Below, piece by piece: positions 11,576 through 24,745 of a stretch of DNA of 64,000 bases. The DNA lies in contig NC_135825.1 of the NCBI RefSeq assembly GCF_964213995.1, forward strand, positions 12,710,001 through 12,774,000. Direction: 5' to 3'. The notes beneath the pieces were generated by a model. The model made no database searches and was not told where the DNA came from. It was given only the letters and a program-made list of their open reading frames with translations. Each line of letters starts with the position of its first letter. Position 1 is the stretch's first letter. The translations under genes and the position numbers were made by a program. The DNA comes from Mustelus asterias. Its lineage: Eukaryota.

Positions 11576-13084
11576 CAAATTATTGACGCATACAACAGCA
11601 ACAGGAGACGAAAGTTCAATTTGTCAACAAATTAAGTATTTTTTGTGAATAAACTGTCACCTGAACATTGAAGCTCCAGTACTTGGTAACAAATGTCAAG
11701 TTAATATTTGAATAATCAGAGGTATTCAGGATGGTATTTTAAGTATTCAATTTTATACAGTTAATTACTGTGGAATGTTACAGGACTTAAAGTTGGTACA
11801 GAACCGATTGACACAGGCAATTTTAAGATGTTAACTTTTATTGCCCCTGTTAACTTATATTTGTATTTGCGTGTAAGTGTTTTCTTGGCTTTGGAGTGAT
11901 TGAGTTAATTTTTAAAAACCCAGCAGCAAGCCTCCTGTATTTAAAAAGGTTAGTCTATTTTATTCACCTCCTTGCCCTGGAGGTTACTAGTGATAACTAC
12001 AGTCCATAACTTCCCCAGCATCGGATTTGGGAGCTATCCCAAACATGCTTCGGGGAATCCCTCTGGGAAGTTCCCAGGTAAGCATTTACTCGGCAATTGC
12101 CCAGAAACGTTAACTTTCCCTGGACAATTGCACTGTCCTGGGAACCATCCGACAGAAGCAATTGAAATCTCTAACTTTGGGTGGTTTTACCAGTTTTACC
12201 CTCATAGTTACTCTAAAAGAGTTAGAAGAAATGAAAGCGCCTCCAACTTCAACTTAACTATTTTACAGACCCAGACCGAACCCTGCTTGAGATACCCCCA
12301 AATCCCTGACTCTTGAGGGGTCCTCCCAACTCCCCCACCCAACTAAGCACCCCCCTCCTCGTCGTATTCCCTACATCCCCACCCACATGGATTCTCCAAC
12401 TCCGCCAAACAACACCCCCAACCCAACCTCGCTGATGTCCAACTCCATCCCCTCAATGTCCATGTCACCGCCCCCCCCCGGCCAATGTCTGAACCCCGCA
12501 TCCCCCCGATTCCTGACTTACTGCACCCCCCAATATCCGATTCCCCCCCCGCCGATATCCTAACCCCACACTCCCCTGATGTCTGACTCCAACTCCCCCC
12601 CCCCATGTCCAACTCCCCCTGACAATGCCAAACTCCCACCCTGCTAATGCCCAAACCCCGCACTCCCCTGATGTCCGACACCCCCGCGCCCCCCCCAATG
12701 TCCAAACACTTGCACCCACCTGATATCCAACTCCCCCTCCCCCGCCAATGTCCAAACCATCCACCTCCCCATGTTCGACTCCCCGCCCCACCGATTTCGG
12801 AACCCCCACATGCCATTCCCCTACATTAGACACCTGGCGTCTCCCTGTTACTTTTAATGAAACATTTAAACTCAGCTCCTTTACGTCGCAGACGCCAGGG
12901 ACTCATTTCGCTGCCTGAGTCTCACCTGACCTGAGTCAGAAAGTTCCAGCGAGATGGATGCTGAATAATTTAAGCGCAGGTAAATTGACTGAGAGCGGCA
13001 GTCTGTGCTGATTGCCGCTCCGAGGAAATTATGACCCGTTTACATCACACTCACTCTCTCACTTGCACTCTTTCACACACACAC

Positions 13085-13420
13085 AGAATCATAGAATCCC
13101 TACAGTGCAGGAGGAGGCCATTCGGCCCATCAAACCTGCACCAACAATACTCCCAACCAGCCAATATCCCTGCAGCCCCATGTGTTTACCCTGATTATCC
13201 ACATATTTATCTTGATAATCCCCCTGATACTGGGGGTCAATTTAACATGGCCAATCCACCTAATCTGCACATCTTTGGTGTGTGGGAGGAAACCGGAGGA
13301 CCCGGAGGAAACCCATGCAGGGACGGAGAGAATATGCAAATTCTACACAGTCACCCGAGGCCGGTATTGAACTCGGGTCCTTGGCGCTGTGAGGTAGCAG
13401 TGCTAACCACTGCGTCTCAC
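13085..13420 (-). mobile_element. HE1 SINE inserted in a (CA)-rich tract
   Basis: Consensus match; no SINE sequence is visible in the paralogous copy, part of which is an N gap. Confidence 0.85.
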
Positions 13421-13472
13421 TAACACACACACACACACACACTCACACTCACACACACTCTCACACACACAC

Positions 13473-16400
13473 TGATGCACTATCAATCGAGCGGAGACTA
13501 GTTGCGAGCAAGACAAATAGGCTTTTATTGGCAAGAACTTGGAGCCATCCCTGTCGGTGATCGGGTCTGAACTGAGGGCAAGGGGGAGGAGCCACCGCCT
13601 TTATACCCAGACCAGGGGGAGGAGACTTGGGCGGAACCGACAGGGATGTGCCACATATACAGGTACTGAGAAATACTAACCACGGTGGTTAACCACGACA
13701 GATAACATATAACAGTGGTTTACCACATTCACCCCCTGTTTAAAAAAAAGAGTCCGTCAGGGGTGAGGCAGAGTGAACAATACTTACAGATTGAGTCTAT
13801 CCGGAGGCCTGCTCTTCCGCTGCAATCTCCGTAGTACCGGTTCCGACGTGGTTTCAGGTCGCGGTGTCGTTTCGGGCGCCGGAACGTAGCTGTCATCCGT
13901 GTTTTCATCCAACCCTCGGGTGCGTGGTGACGACTCCTGGGGCTCAGGCGAGCTGTAAACGGGGCCAAGAGGGGTGAGAGGTGATTCGGACATGGAATGG
14001 ACAGTCGGGGGTTGGGGGTGAGGGGTTGGGGGCTACAGGGGTCCCTGAGTCACCTGCGGGTGCTAGGTCACGGATAGATACTGTGTCCTCCCGCCCGTTG
14101 GGGTGCTGCATGCAGGCGTACTGGGGGTTGGCGTGGAGGAGTTGTACCCTCCCGACCAGGGGGTCAGACTTACGGGTCCTGGCATGCTTCCGAAGCAGGA
14201 CAGGGCCTGGGTATGCCAGCCACGACGGTAGTGAAGTCCCTGAGGAAGACCTCCTGGGGAACACCAACACCCGTTCGTGGGGGGTGGCATTGGTTGCTGT
14301 GCAAAGGAGGGACCTAATGGAGTGTAGTGCCTCCGGTAGGACCTCTTGCCAGCGGGTGACTGGAAAGTCTTTAGACCGTAGTGCTAGTAAAACGGCCTTC
14401 CAGACAGTGGCGTTCTCTCTCTCCACCTGTCCGTTACCCCGGGGATTGTAACTGGTCATCCTACTTGAGGCTATGCCTTTGGAGAGCAGGTACTGTCGCA
14501 GTTCCTCACCCATGAAGGAGGATCCCCGGTCACTATGGATATAGCTGGGGTAACCAAACAGAGTGAAGAGGCTGCGCAGGGCCCTAATAACTGTGGCCGA
14601 GGACATATCTGGGCAGGGAATTGCAAAGGGGAAACGTGAGTACTCGTCAATGACATTGAGGAAGTATATGTTGCGATCAGATGAGGGGAGGGGGCCTTTG
14701 AAGTTGATGCTGAGGCGTTCAAAGGGGCGGGTGGGTTTTATGAGGTGTGCCCTGTCTGGCCGGTAGAAGTGCGGCTTGCATTCCGCGCAGACCTGGCAAC
14801 TCCGAGTTATGGACCTGACATCCTCAACTGAGTAGGGCAGGTTTCGGGCTCTAATGAAGTGAAAGAACCTGGTGACCCCCGGGTGGCAGAGGTTGTTGTG
14901 GAGAGCCTGTAACCGGTCCACCTGTGCACTGGCGCATGTTCCACGGGACAGCGCGTCAGGTGGCTCATTGAGCTTCCCGGGCCGATACAGGATATCGTAA
15001 TTGTAGGTGGAGAGTTCGATCCTCCACCGTAATATCTTGTCGTTCTTGATCTTGCCCCGCTGCGTGTTGTTGAACATGAAGGCAACGGATCGTTGGTCCG
15101 TGAGTAGGGTGAACCGTTTACCAGCTAAACAGTGGCGCCAGTGCCGTACAGCTTCCACTATGGCTTGGGCTTCCTTTTCGACAGAGGAGTGTCGAGTTTC
15201 GGGGCCCTGGAGGGTTCGTGAAAAGAAGGCCACGGGTCTGCCCGCCTGGTTAAGAGTGGCGGCTAGGGCGAAATCAGACGCATCGCTCTCCACCTGGAAC
15301 GGGTTGGATTCGTCTATAGCGTACATCGTGGCCTTCGCGATGTCAGCTTTGATACGGTCGAAGGCCAGCCGAGCCTCCGCTGTCAAGGGAAAAAGGGTGG
15401 ATTTTATGAGCGGACTGGCTTTATCCGCATAGTTGGGGACCCACTGTGCATAGTACGAGAAGAAGTCCAGGCATCTTCTCAGTGCTTTGAGGCTAGTGGG
15501 GAGGGGAAGTTCCAGGAGGGGACGCATACGGTCGGGATCGGGGCCGAGGACCCCATTCTCCACTACGTACCCAAGGATGGCGAGGCGGTGTGTACAGAAC
15601 ACGCACTTCTCCTTATTGTAGGTCAGGTTAAGGAGCCTAGCCGTGTGCAGGAATCTGTGGAGGTTGGCATCGTGGTCCTGCTGATCATGGCCGCAGATGG
15701 TGACGTTATCCAGGTACGGGAAGGTAGCCCGCAGCCCGTTCTGGTCTACCATTCAGTCCATTTTGCGCTGGAAGACCGAGACTCCGTTGGTGACGCCAAA
15801 GGGGACACTGAGGAAGTGGTAAAGGCGACCATCCGCCTCGAACGCCGTATATTGGCGGTCCTCCGGGCGGATAGGGAGCTGGTGGTATGCCGACTTCAAG
15901 TCAATGGTGGAGAACACCCGATATTGTGCAATCTGATTGACCATGTCAGATATGCGGGGAACGGGGTACGCATCCAGCTGCGTATAATCGGTTAATGGTC
16001 TGACTGTAGTCCATGACCATTCCGTGTTTCTCCCCGGACTTAACGACTACCACTTGAGCTCGCCAGGGGCTGGTACTAGCTTCGATGATCCCTTCCCTGA
16101 GGAGCCGCTGGACTTCGGACCTGATAAAGGCCCTGTCTCCAGCACTATACCGCTGCTCTTGGTGGCGATGGGCTTGCAGTCGGGAGTGAGATTCGCAAAC
16201 AAGGAGGGTGGGGCGATCTTAAGGGTCGAGAGACTGCAGGTGGTGCGCGGTGGGCAATTTAGGCGCTGCTGATTGCAAACGGAGAGCGGGGGAAAAGGCC
16301 CATTATCTGTAGAGTGACACTCTTCAGATGGGTCATGAAGTCGAGCCCCAGGAGTACAGAAGCGCAGAGGTGTGACAGCACGAGGAGCCTGAAGTTATCG

Positions 16401-17965
16401 TATACCGTGTCCCGCACCTTCAGGGTCACCACGCAGCAGCCAAGGACATTTACAGAGCGGGATTGTGACGCCATGGAGATCGTCTGCTGGATGGGCCGCA
16501 TGGAAAAGGCGTATCGGCGCACCGTATCAGGGTGAATGAAGCTCTCCGTACTCCCACTGTCAAACAAACAATGCTCACTGTGCCCGTTTACCTCAATGTC
16601 CATCATGGACGCGGCGAGACGATGAGGCTTTGTCTGATCCAGGGTCACTGATGCCACTGTTGAATCCTGCAGAAAGCTGTAGGGAGTTGCAGCTGTAGGA
16701 AATGGCGGCCCCTGCTGGTCACTCGTGGTAATTGTCGGCCAAGAGGACGGCCCCTGCGGTTTGCCGACGGCCGATGACGTCATCCAAGATGGCGGCCCCC
16801 GCGGGTCGCACACGGCCGGGGGCGTCCAAGATGGCGGCCCCCGCAGGTCGCACGCGGCCGGGGTCGTCCAAGATGGCTGCCCCCGTGGGTCACACGCGGG
16901 GGCGCTCGTGGATTTGGGAGCAGACTTACGGCAGGCCTTTGCGTAGTGCCCCTTCTTCCCACACGCGGAGCAGAACGACTCCCTCGCCGGGCAGCGTTGT
17001 CGGGGGTGCTTACCCAGGCCGCAGAAGTAACAGTTCGGGCCTCCAGAGGTTGCAGCTGCAGTCAGGTCACCGGAGAGGCGTGGGGCGGTGTAGGGCTGTG
17101 GTCCTCCCGGTAGCGACGGCCGCAGTGTCCAGGATGCGCCCACGTGGTCAGGTGAGTAGGATTCGAGGTATTGGGAGGTCACTTCTCGGGACACAGCCAG
17201 TTGCACAGTTTTCTTTAAGTCCAGCGCACCCTGTTCCAGCAGCCGTTGCCGGATGTAAGTAGTTCCGATGCCCGTGACAAAGGCATCCCGGACTAAGTCG
17301 TCTGTATATTGGGTGGCCATCACAGACCTACAGTTACAGTCCCGGGCAAGCCGACGCAACGCGCGCAGGAACTGGTCGACTGATTCACCTGGCTGCCGTC
17401 TGCGCGTAGCGAGGAGGTGCCTCGCATAGACTTCGTCAGGCCGTTTATTATACAGGCCTTTTAACAGTTCGATAGCGGCCGTATAATTTTCCGCGGATCG
17501 TAGCGTATACTACGTCGCTTACCCGGCCGCGGAGCACCCGTAGTTTGTCAGCATCTGTACTGATGGCAGTGGAGGCTTCGATGTAATCCTCGAAACATTG
17601 CAGCCAGTGGTCAAACGTGTTAGAGGCTCCGGCAGCTTCCGGGTCCAGATTCAGCCTTTCGGGTTTCAGTAGCTGCTCCATTCTTCAAAAAAAAAACTTG
17701 CCAATAAAATTGATGCGCTGTCAATCGAGCCGAGACTAGTTGTGAGCAAGACAAACAGCTTTTTATTGGCAAGAACTTGGAGCCATCCTTGTCGGAGATC
17801 TGGTCTGAACTGAGAGCAAGGGGGAGGAGCCACCGCCTTTATACCCAGACTAGGGGGAGGAGACTTGGGCGGAACCGACAGGGATGTGCCACATATACAG
17901 GTACTGAGAAATACTAACTACAGTGGTTAACCACTACAGATAACATATAACAGTGGTTTACCACA
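13473..17965 (-). mobile_element. Full-length Gypsy/Ty3 (Mag-like) LTR retrotransposon, decayed
   Basis: 255-bp LTRs at 13473-13727 and 17711-17965 (TG...CA on the minus strand, about 15 differences by eye). PPT at ~13728-13740, CACAC flanks, gag-PR-RT-RH-IN domain order. Confidence 0.95.
13784..17681 (-). pseudogene. Gypsy gag-pol with two CCHC knuckles, protease (LFDSGS), RT (YLDNV), RNase H (VESDAS) and integrase (HHCC, IHSDRG...VERENA); several frameshifts and a stop at 15753-15755
   Basis: ORF pieces 17448-17681, 16259-17359, 15753-15944, 13944-15752 and 13784-13993 are collinear on the minus strand. Confidence 0.93.
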
Positions 17966-18162
17966 CACACTCACACACACACGCACTCTCTCACACACAC
18001 TCACACCCTCACACAGACACACACCCTCACACACACACTCACACACACGCACTCACACACACACACACTCACACACACACGCACTCTCTCACACACACTC
18101 ACACCCTCACACAGACACACACACTCACGCACTCACACACACACACACTCACACACACACAC
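17966..18162. repeat. (CA)n/(CACT)-rich microsatellite
   Basis: Seen directly; continues the 13422-13472 tract split by the LTR element. Confidence 0.95.
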
Positions 18163-19327
18163 TTTCTCACCAAAATTAGGTACAGGGGAAGTTGAAAACA
18201 ATACTTACAAAAATGGAATGGATCTCAGTCCCTGTTTTGATACAGGGCTTGTTATCCTGCAGCCGCATTGTTACATTTCTTAAATGAAGGTTGTTAAATT
18301 GCAGAGACGTCTCAGCAGTTGCGATGGTTTCTGTGGTCAGCCAGTAGGAAGTTGGTTTTCTCGGGTAAGCTCGAAGCGGAACAAGGTCAGATCGAGGGGG
18401 AGTGGAAATTCTTTATTTCCCTTTCAAGTAACTGTGGTGTGGTTATTTTTTGAGTGTGGGTGATTACAGCGGTTCAGTGGCTTCCTGAATGATGAAATCC
18501 TGCAATTCACTTCTGTACACCGAGAGCAATTTGCCTTGTTTTTGAACAGGAAGTAAAGACAACCACAGTACCATGTGGCCCTGTAACAAATACCAAATCA
18601 TCTTTCAGATCAGGCATTAAGATCATTTTAATTACAGTCTGAATCATCCTCCAACCTACTGTGGTGGCTTTTCACACCTCAAGGTTTCTTATCAGTGTTA
18701 CCAGACTGTGCCCCTTTATTTTTGGAATTGTGGTTTTTACAACTTTCACTTGACTAGAAATGTTGCAGTTTGCACTGAGACCAGAGCAAACTGCTTAAAA
18801 TACAACACCGCCTTCAAGGGTGAAGGTTAGAAACCAACATATCACCCTCAGGGGAGTGTGAAGAGAGAGACATTTCCTGTGGCCTGACACCCATTGAAAC
18901 TCTCAACTGGCCGAGGGAGAGACATTAAAAGTGCAAATTGCTGAGTATTGAGAGGTGGCTTCCACAGACAGAGCCACCCGAAACCTCTTGGAAATGCACA
19001 ATGGGTGAAATATTTCAAGGCAAGGCTGACAGCCACTCAAGAGTGATTGCAAGTGACGCAGGCGGTGTCAAGAGTGGGCTTCAGCAGAGGGAACAAACTG
19101 AGAGCCCTCTCTTCCTCTTTCTCTCTTTTGGAATAAGCTCAGTTTTAAGAAGCCAGCTCTTACACAATGCGACCAACAAAATGAAATCCCATAATAATTG
19201 CATCTTTTACATCGCATCCAAGGAGGCAGCAAACCCAAATCAACGACAATATTCAAAATCTATGCTGCAAGGACAATGAAAGGTACTTGAATTTATACTA
19301 TTTTACTTTTTTTAATTGGACACTAAC

Positions 19328-19490
19328 TGTGTGAGTGTGCGCATGTATGTGTGCACATGCATGCATGTGGTTGTATATGTGTGCACGTGTGTTTGTGTGT
19401 GTGTGCTTGCATGTGTATATGTGTGCATGTGCGTGTGTGTGCGAATGTAAATGTGCACGTATGTTTGTGTGTGTGCGTGTGCTTGTGTGG
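19328..19490. repeat. (TG/TGCA)-rich microsatellite
   Basis: Seen directly. Confidence 0.9.
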
Positions 19491-19759
19491 CCTTATGACT
19501 GCATAACAGCCGAATGCTTGACGTTGAGTGTTTGTTACTTTTCACAGATTTAGTGGTTAATATCTTTGCTCTTTTGTTGATGCAAGGAAACTTTGTTCTA
19601 TGAGCTCCTTATTGCTCACAGTTTAAATAATTAAATACGTTCTGATTTGGAAATGGCACATCCTCATAAAAAAGAAATATAACCTTTGTAGGGACAAGCT
19701 GGGGAGGTTGAACAGAGGGAAGACAGATCAGCCCATCTCACCTGGCTAGAATAAAATTG

Positions 19760-19865
19760 GTAAGAAGTCTCACAACACCAGGTTAAAGTCCAACAGGTTT
19801 ATTTGGTAGCAAATACCATCCATTTGGCAAATACCATCCATTTGGCAAATACCATCCATTTGCCA
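19760..19865. repeat. Truncated Penelope-like terminus followed by three copies of an 18-bp unit (GCAAATACCATCCATTTG)
   Basis: Seen directly. Confidence 0.75.
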
Positions 19866-20043
19866 TAAAATTGGCAGCTTGTCTGGGAGGAATCACAGAC
19901 TGACAAAAGAATTGGAATGTGGAAATTAAATGTTCCTTCAAAAGCAACTTACAAACAGCTAAATGTTTTCTTGGCTCCGTAATTCTGAACTGCTAAAATA
20001 TCTGCATTCAAAGTCATGCTTTCATTGAACAGAATGGGATAAC

Positions 20044-20171
20044 NNNNNNNNNNNNNNNNNNNNNNNNNNNNNNNNNNNNNNNNNNNNNNNNNNNNNNNNN
20101 NNNNNNNNNNNNNNNNNNNNNNNNNNNNNNNNNNNNNNNNNNNNNNNNNNNNNNNNNNNNNNNNNNNNNNN
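20044..20171. other. Assembly gap (further gaps at 21165-21405 and 53664-53863)
   Basis: N runs. Confidence 1.
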
Positions 20172-20704
20172 TTAGAGTCCAATTAAAAAAGGTAAAATAA
20201 TATTTGATGTATTTGGGAATAACAAGATGGGGTAACTATATGAATATTATTATTAACTATAATATAACAAGAAGTTAAGGACATTGTCCCGAGAAGAGTT
20301 AAAAGGTGCAGCTTCGCACTTAGAGATGGAATCCTGCCTGAATGCCAGAAAAACAGAAATTTTAAAACAGACGGTGAAACATCGCGAGGTGGAAAATGAG
20401 GACAGCACGGTGGCACCCTGCTTAGCACTGCTGCCTCACAGCGCCAGGGACCCGGGTTCAATTCCAGCCTTGGGTGACTGTCTGTGTGGAGTTTGCACGT
20501 TCTCCACGTGCCTGCGTGGGTTTCCTCCGGGTGCTCCGCTTTCCTCCCACACTCCAAATATGTGCAGGTTAGATTAATTGGCCATGGTAAAATTTCCCTT
20601 AGTGTGAGGGAGAGTATCAGGGTAAATACGTGGGGTTACGGGGATGGAGCCTGGGTGGGACAGTTGTTGGTGGGTGTGGCAGGAAAAGTCCGCCCATCGT
20701 CGCT

Positions 20705-22130
20705 GATGCCAGGAACTTGCTTCGCTGCCTGAGTCTCACCTGACCTGAGTCAGAAAGGTCCAGCGAGATGGACGCTGAATAATTTAAGCACAGGTAAATT
20801 GATTGAGAGTGGCAGTCTGCGCTGATTGCCGCTCCGAGGAAGTTATGACCCGTATACATCACTCTCACTCTCCCACTCACACACACTCACAGATACACAC
20901 ACTCTCTCTCACGCACACACACTCACACAGACATACACACTCACACAGACACACACACTCACTCTCTCTAATCATACGCACTCACTCTCACGCACACGCA
21001 CTCACTCTCTCTCATGCACACACACTCTCTCACATACACACACTCACTCTCTTTCACACATACACTCACTGTCTCTCACACACACACGCTCTCGTGCACA
21101 CACGCTCACTCTCTCTCACGCACACACACACTCTCTCTCACGCACATGCACTCACTCTCTCTCANNNNNNNNNNNNNNNNNNNNNNNNNNNNNNNNNNNN
21201 NNNNNNNNNNNNNNNNNNNNNNNNNNNNNNNNNNNNNNNNNNNNNNNNNNNNNNNNNNNNNNNNNNNNNNNNNNNNNNNNNNNNNNNNNNNNNNNNNNNN
21301 NNNNNNNNNNNNNNNNNNNNNNNNNNNNNNNNNNNNNNNNNNNNNNNNNNNNNNNNNNNNNNNNNNNNNNNNNNNNNNNNNNNNNNNNNNNNNNNNNNNN
21401 NNNNNATTAGGTACAGGGGAAGTTGAAAACAATACTTACAAAAATGGAATAGATCTCAGTCCCTGTTTTGATACAGGGCTTGTTATCCTGCAGCCGCATT
21501 GTTACATTTCTAAAGTGAAGGTTGTTAAATTGCAGAGACGTCTCAGCAGTTGCGATGGTTTCTGTGGTCAGCCAGTAGGAAGTTGGTTTTCTCGGGTAAG
21601 CTCGAAGTGGAACAAGGTCAGATCGCGGGGGAGTGGAAATTCTTTATTTCCCTTTCAAGTAACTGTGATGTGGTTATTTTTTGAGTGTGGGTGATTACAG
21701 CGGTTCAGTGGCTTCCTGAATGATGAAATCCTGCGATTCACTTCTGTACACCGAGAGCAATTTGCCTTGCTTTTGAACAGGAAGTAAAGACAACCACAGT
21801 ACCATGTGGCCCTGTAACAAATAACAAATCATCTTTCAGATCAGGCATTAAGATCATTTTAATTACAGTCTGAATCATCCTCCAACCTACTGTGGTGGCT
21901 TTTCACACCTCAAGGTTTCTTATCAGTGTTACCAGACTGTGCCCCTTTATTTTTGGAATTGTGGTTTTTACAACTTTCACTTGACTAGAAATGTTGCAGT
22001 TTGCACTGAGACAGAGCAAACTGCTTAAAATACAACACCGCCTTCAAGGGCGAAGGTTAGAAACCAACATATCACCCTCAGGGGAGTGTAAAGAGAGAGA
22101 CATTTCCTGTGGCCTGACACCCATTTGCAA
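20705..22130. repeat. Copy 2 of the local duplication, without visible insertions
   Basis: Homologous to 12890-13080, the CA tract and 18175-18900. Confidence 0.9.
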
Positions 22131-22424
22131 ACTCAATTCCACTCCTAAGAGTACTTCACGTACAACGTCAGAATCCAGAGTGTCAGTAACCCTGACACTC
22201 CTCAACACATATACAGGTGAGGCTCCAGATTGGGCAGGCAGTCATTGTCTCAATCAGGGATCTCATACTCCAAGAGGCCAACCTCATGGGACTCATTGAG
22301 ACGATTCCAGTCATGCTGCTCAGTAGAACAAATTTTCCGATTCTAAATGGCCTCACGGCAATGACAGAAGACTAATGGGTGGTTCATTCTCATTGGTGCA
22401 TAGCCCAGTTTCTCAGTATTTTTC

Positions 22425-23175
22425 TATTTATTTGTGGGACATAGACATCGCTGGTTGGCCAGCATTTATTGCCCTTGAGAAGATGGTGGTGAGTGAATTG
22501 TTGCAGTCCATGCTCTGTGGGTTGACCCACAATGCCGTTCGGGAGGGAATTCCAGGATTTAGCCCAGTGACTGTGGACGAATGGCGATATATTTCCAAGT
22601 CAGGACGGTGAGCGGCTTGGAGGGGAACTTGCAGGTGGTGGTGTTCCCATGTATCTGCTGCTCTTGTCCTTCGAGATGGAAGTGGTCGTGGGTTTGGAAG
22701 GTGCTGTCCAAGGATCTTTGGTGAATTGCTGCAGTGCATCTTGTGGATAGTACACACTGCTGCTACTGAGTGTCGGTGGTGGGGGGATTGATTGTTTGTG
22801 GATGTGGTGCCAGTCAAGTGGGCTGCTTTGTCCAGGATGGTGTTGAGCTTCTTGAGGGTTGTTGGAGCTGCAGCCATCCAGGCAAGTGGGGAGTATTCCA
22901 TCACACTCCTGACTTGTGCCTTGCAGATGGTGGACAGGCTTTGGGGAGTCAGGAAGTGAGTTACTTGCCACAGTATTCCTAGCCTCTGACCTGCTCTTGT
23001 AGCCACTATGTTTATGTGGTGAGTCCAGTTGAGATTCTGTTCAATGTAGCTCCATGGATGTTGACAGTGGGGGATTGAGTGATGGTTACACCACTGAATG
23101 TCAAGGAGCGGTGGTTGGAGTGTCTCTTATTGGTGAATGTTACTTTCCATTTGTCAGCCCCAAGGCTGGATATTG
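22425..23175 (-). mobile_element. CR1/L2-group LINE 3' fragment (second family)
   Basis: RAGQRLGIL...KAQVRSVMEYSPLAWMAAAPTTL RT C-terminal peptide; same family at 45200-46200. Confidence 0.8.
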
Positions 23176-23644
23176 TCCAAATCTGAACAAATATTCCCAA
23201 AGTACAAGCTAACATTAACAATAACAACACAAAATCAGAAAACGTGGCGAGAACAAGAGAGTGAACGGCCAGAATTGTATGCCCCCCGAGGGACAGGAAT
23301 GACAGGTAGGGGGAGGTGTAAAATTGGTTCCCATGCCCATTACTTGCCTACACCCAGATATTTTTCACATGGTGGTCGGTCTACTTGCCCATAGGCCAAA
23401 TAAGCCCCTTAAGTAGCCAATAAATGGCCACTGAACAGTCTCCTCCCACCACCACGAGGATTTTCCGTACGGCAGAGGAGATAAATACTGTGCCCAACCC
23501 GCCAGAGGTGAAACCTGGCAGTATCATGATCGGACCAACGGGTTGCCTCCTTGCTTGGCAGCTTGTGCCCATTAGAGGGTGCACCCAAGGTATACCCACC
23601 TCTGCATTACCCTTTCACTCTCACCCTGTCAATCCCAGCACATA

Positions 23645-24070
23645 GGGGAGGCAATGGCCGAGTGGTATTATCGCTGGACGATTAATTCAGAAACTCAGCT
23701 AATGTTCTGGGGATCCGGGTTCGAATCCCACCACAGCAGATGGTGAATTTTGAATTCCATAAAAATATCTCAAACTAAGAATCTACTGATGAGCATGAAA
23801 CCATTGTCGATTGTCGGAAAAACCCAGCTGGTTCACTAATGTCCTTCAGGAAAGGAAATCTGCTGTCCTTACCTGGTCTGGCCTACCTGTGACTCCAGAG
23901 CCACAGCAATGTGGTTGACTCTCAATTTCCCCCCTCTGAAATGGCTGAGTAAGCCACTCAGTTTTATCAGTGTTTCAAGAAGGGAGCTCACCACCACCTT
24001 CTCAAGGGCAACTAGAAATGAACATTAAATGCTGGCCAACCAGCGATGCCCATGTCCCATGAATGAATGA
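23645..24070 (+). mobile_element. tRNA-derived SINE with conserved core (CTGGTTCACTAATGTCCTT..GGAAAGGAAA; Meta-SINE-like, tentative) and LINE-derived tail
   Basis: A/B boxes (TGGCCGAGTGG; GGTTCGAATCCC). Tail gctggccaaccagcgatg is shared with the LINE at 22425. Further copies at 44030-44490 (minus) and 56797-56915. Confidence 0.75.
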
Positions 24071-24745
24071 AAAAAAACACAAACCCCTCACTGAGGCCAG
24101 CCAGCCCAGCTCTGGTGAGACCCCAGGACTTACCTTCATCTGGACTCCCTAGGCACCTCTTCACTGGGACTTCTGCAGTGCCAGCAGTGGTCTGAAAGCA
24201 CTGCTCGGTCAAGAGACTTGTCAGCTATTTGATTGGCGGCAGCTCCTGAAGGTGCAACTCCTAACCCACACATCTTTGGAGCATGGAAGGAAACCAGAGC
24301 ACCCAGAGGAAACCCATGCAGACACGGAGAGAATGTGCAAAGTCCGTACAGTCACCCAAGGCTGGAATCAAACTCAGGTCCCTGGCACTGTAAGGCAGCA
24401 ATGATAACCACTGTGCCACCGTGCCTGACTATTAGAATTGTTTCTTAATAGGTTAGGCAATGCATTGGCTAACTTTTCCAATTTCGTTTTGCATTGACAT
24501 TGTGTATTATAGTTCTAGGTTTTCTCCTGGCTATTTGCACTCACTTAAAGCGCACAAATGTATCTGGAGTATACAAGTCCAGTTTTACAAGCCAAAACCT
24601 TTCTAGATCTGAGCACATGTTGGAAAATCATCTGTTACTCACACAACTCTCAGTACATTCAATATTACATTACACGATTCCTTGGAAGAGTTCTTGTATG
24701 AATCTGATTTAATTTAATTTCCCAACTTGGAGTATAAACTATTTT

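Larger units (their letters stand above)
12890..18900. repeat. Copy 1 of a local duplication, paralogous to 20705-22130, interrupted by HE1 and Gypsy insertions
   Basis: 12890-13080 matches 20705-20880, and 18175-18900 matches 21406-22130 near-identically. Confidence 0.9.

Noticed and set aside
20803-21694. Long His/Thr-rich ORFs
   Set aside because: Translations of (CA)n microsatellite and N gaps.
24494-24712. Hydrophobic ORF TLCIIVLGFLLAIC as a TM exon
   Set aside because: No convincing splice sites; adjacent sequence aligns to intron sequence of gene C, and the true TM remnant is at ~25560.
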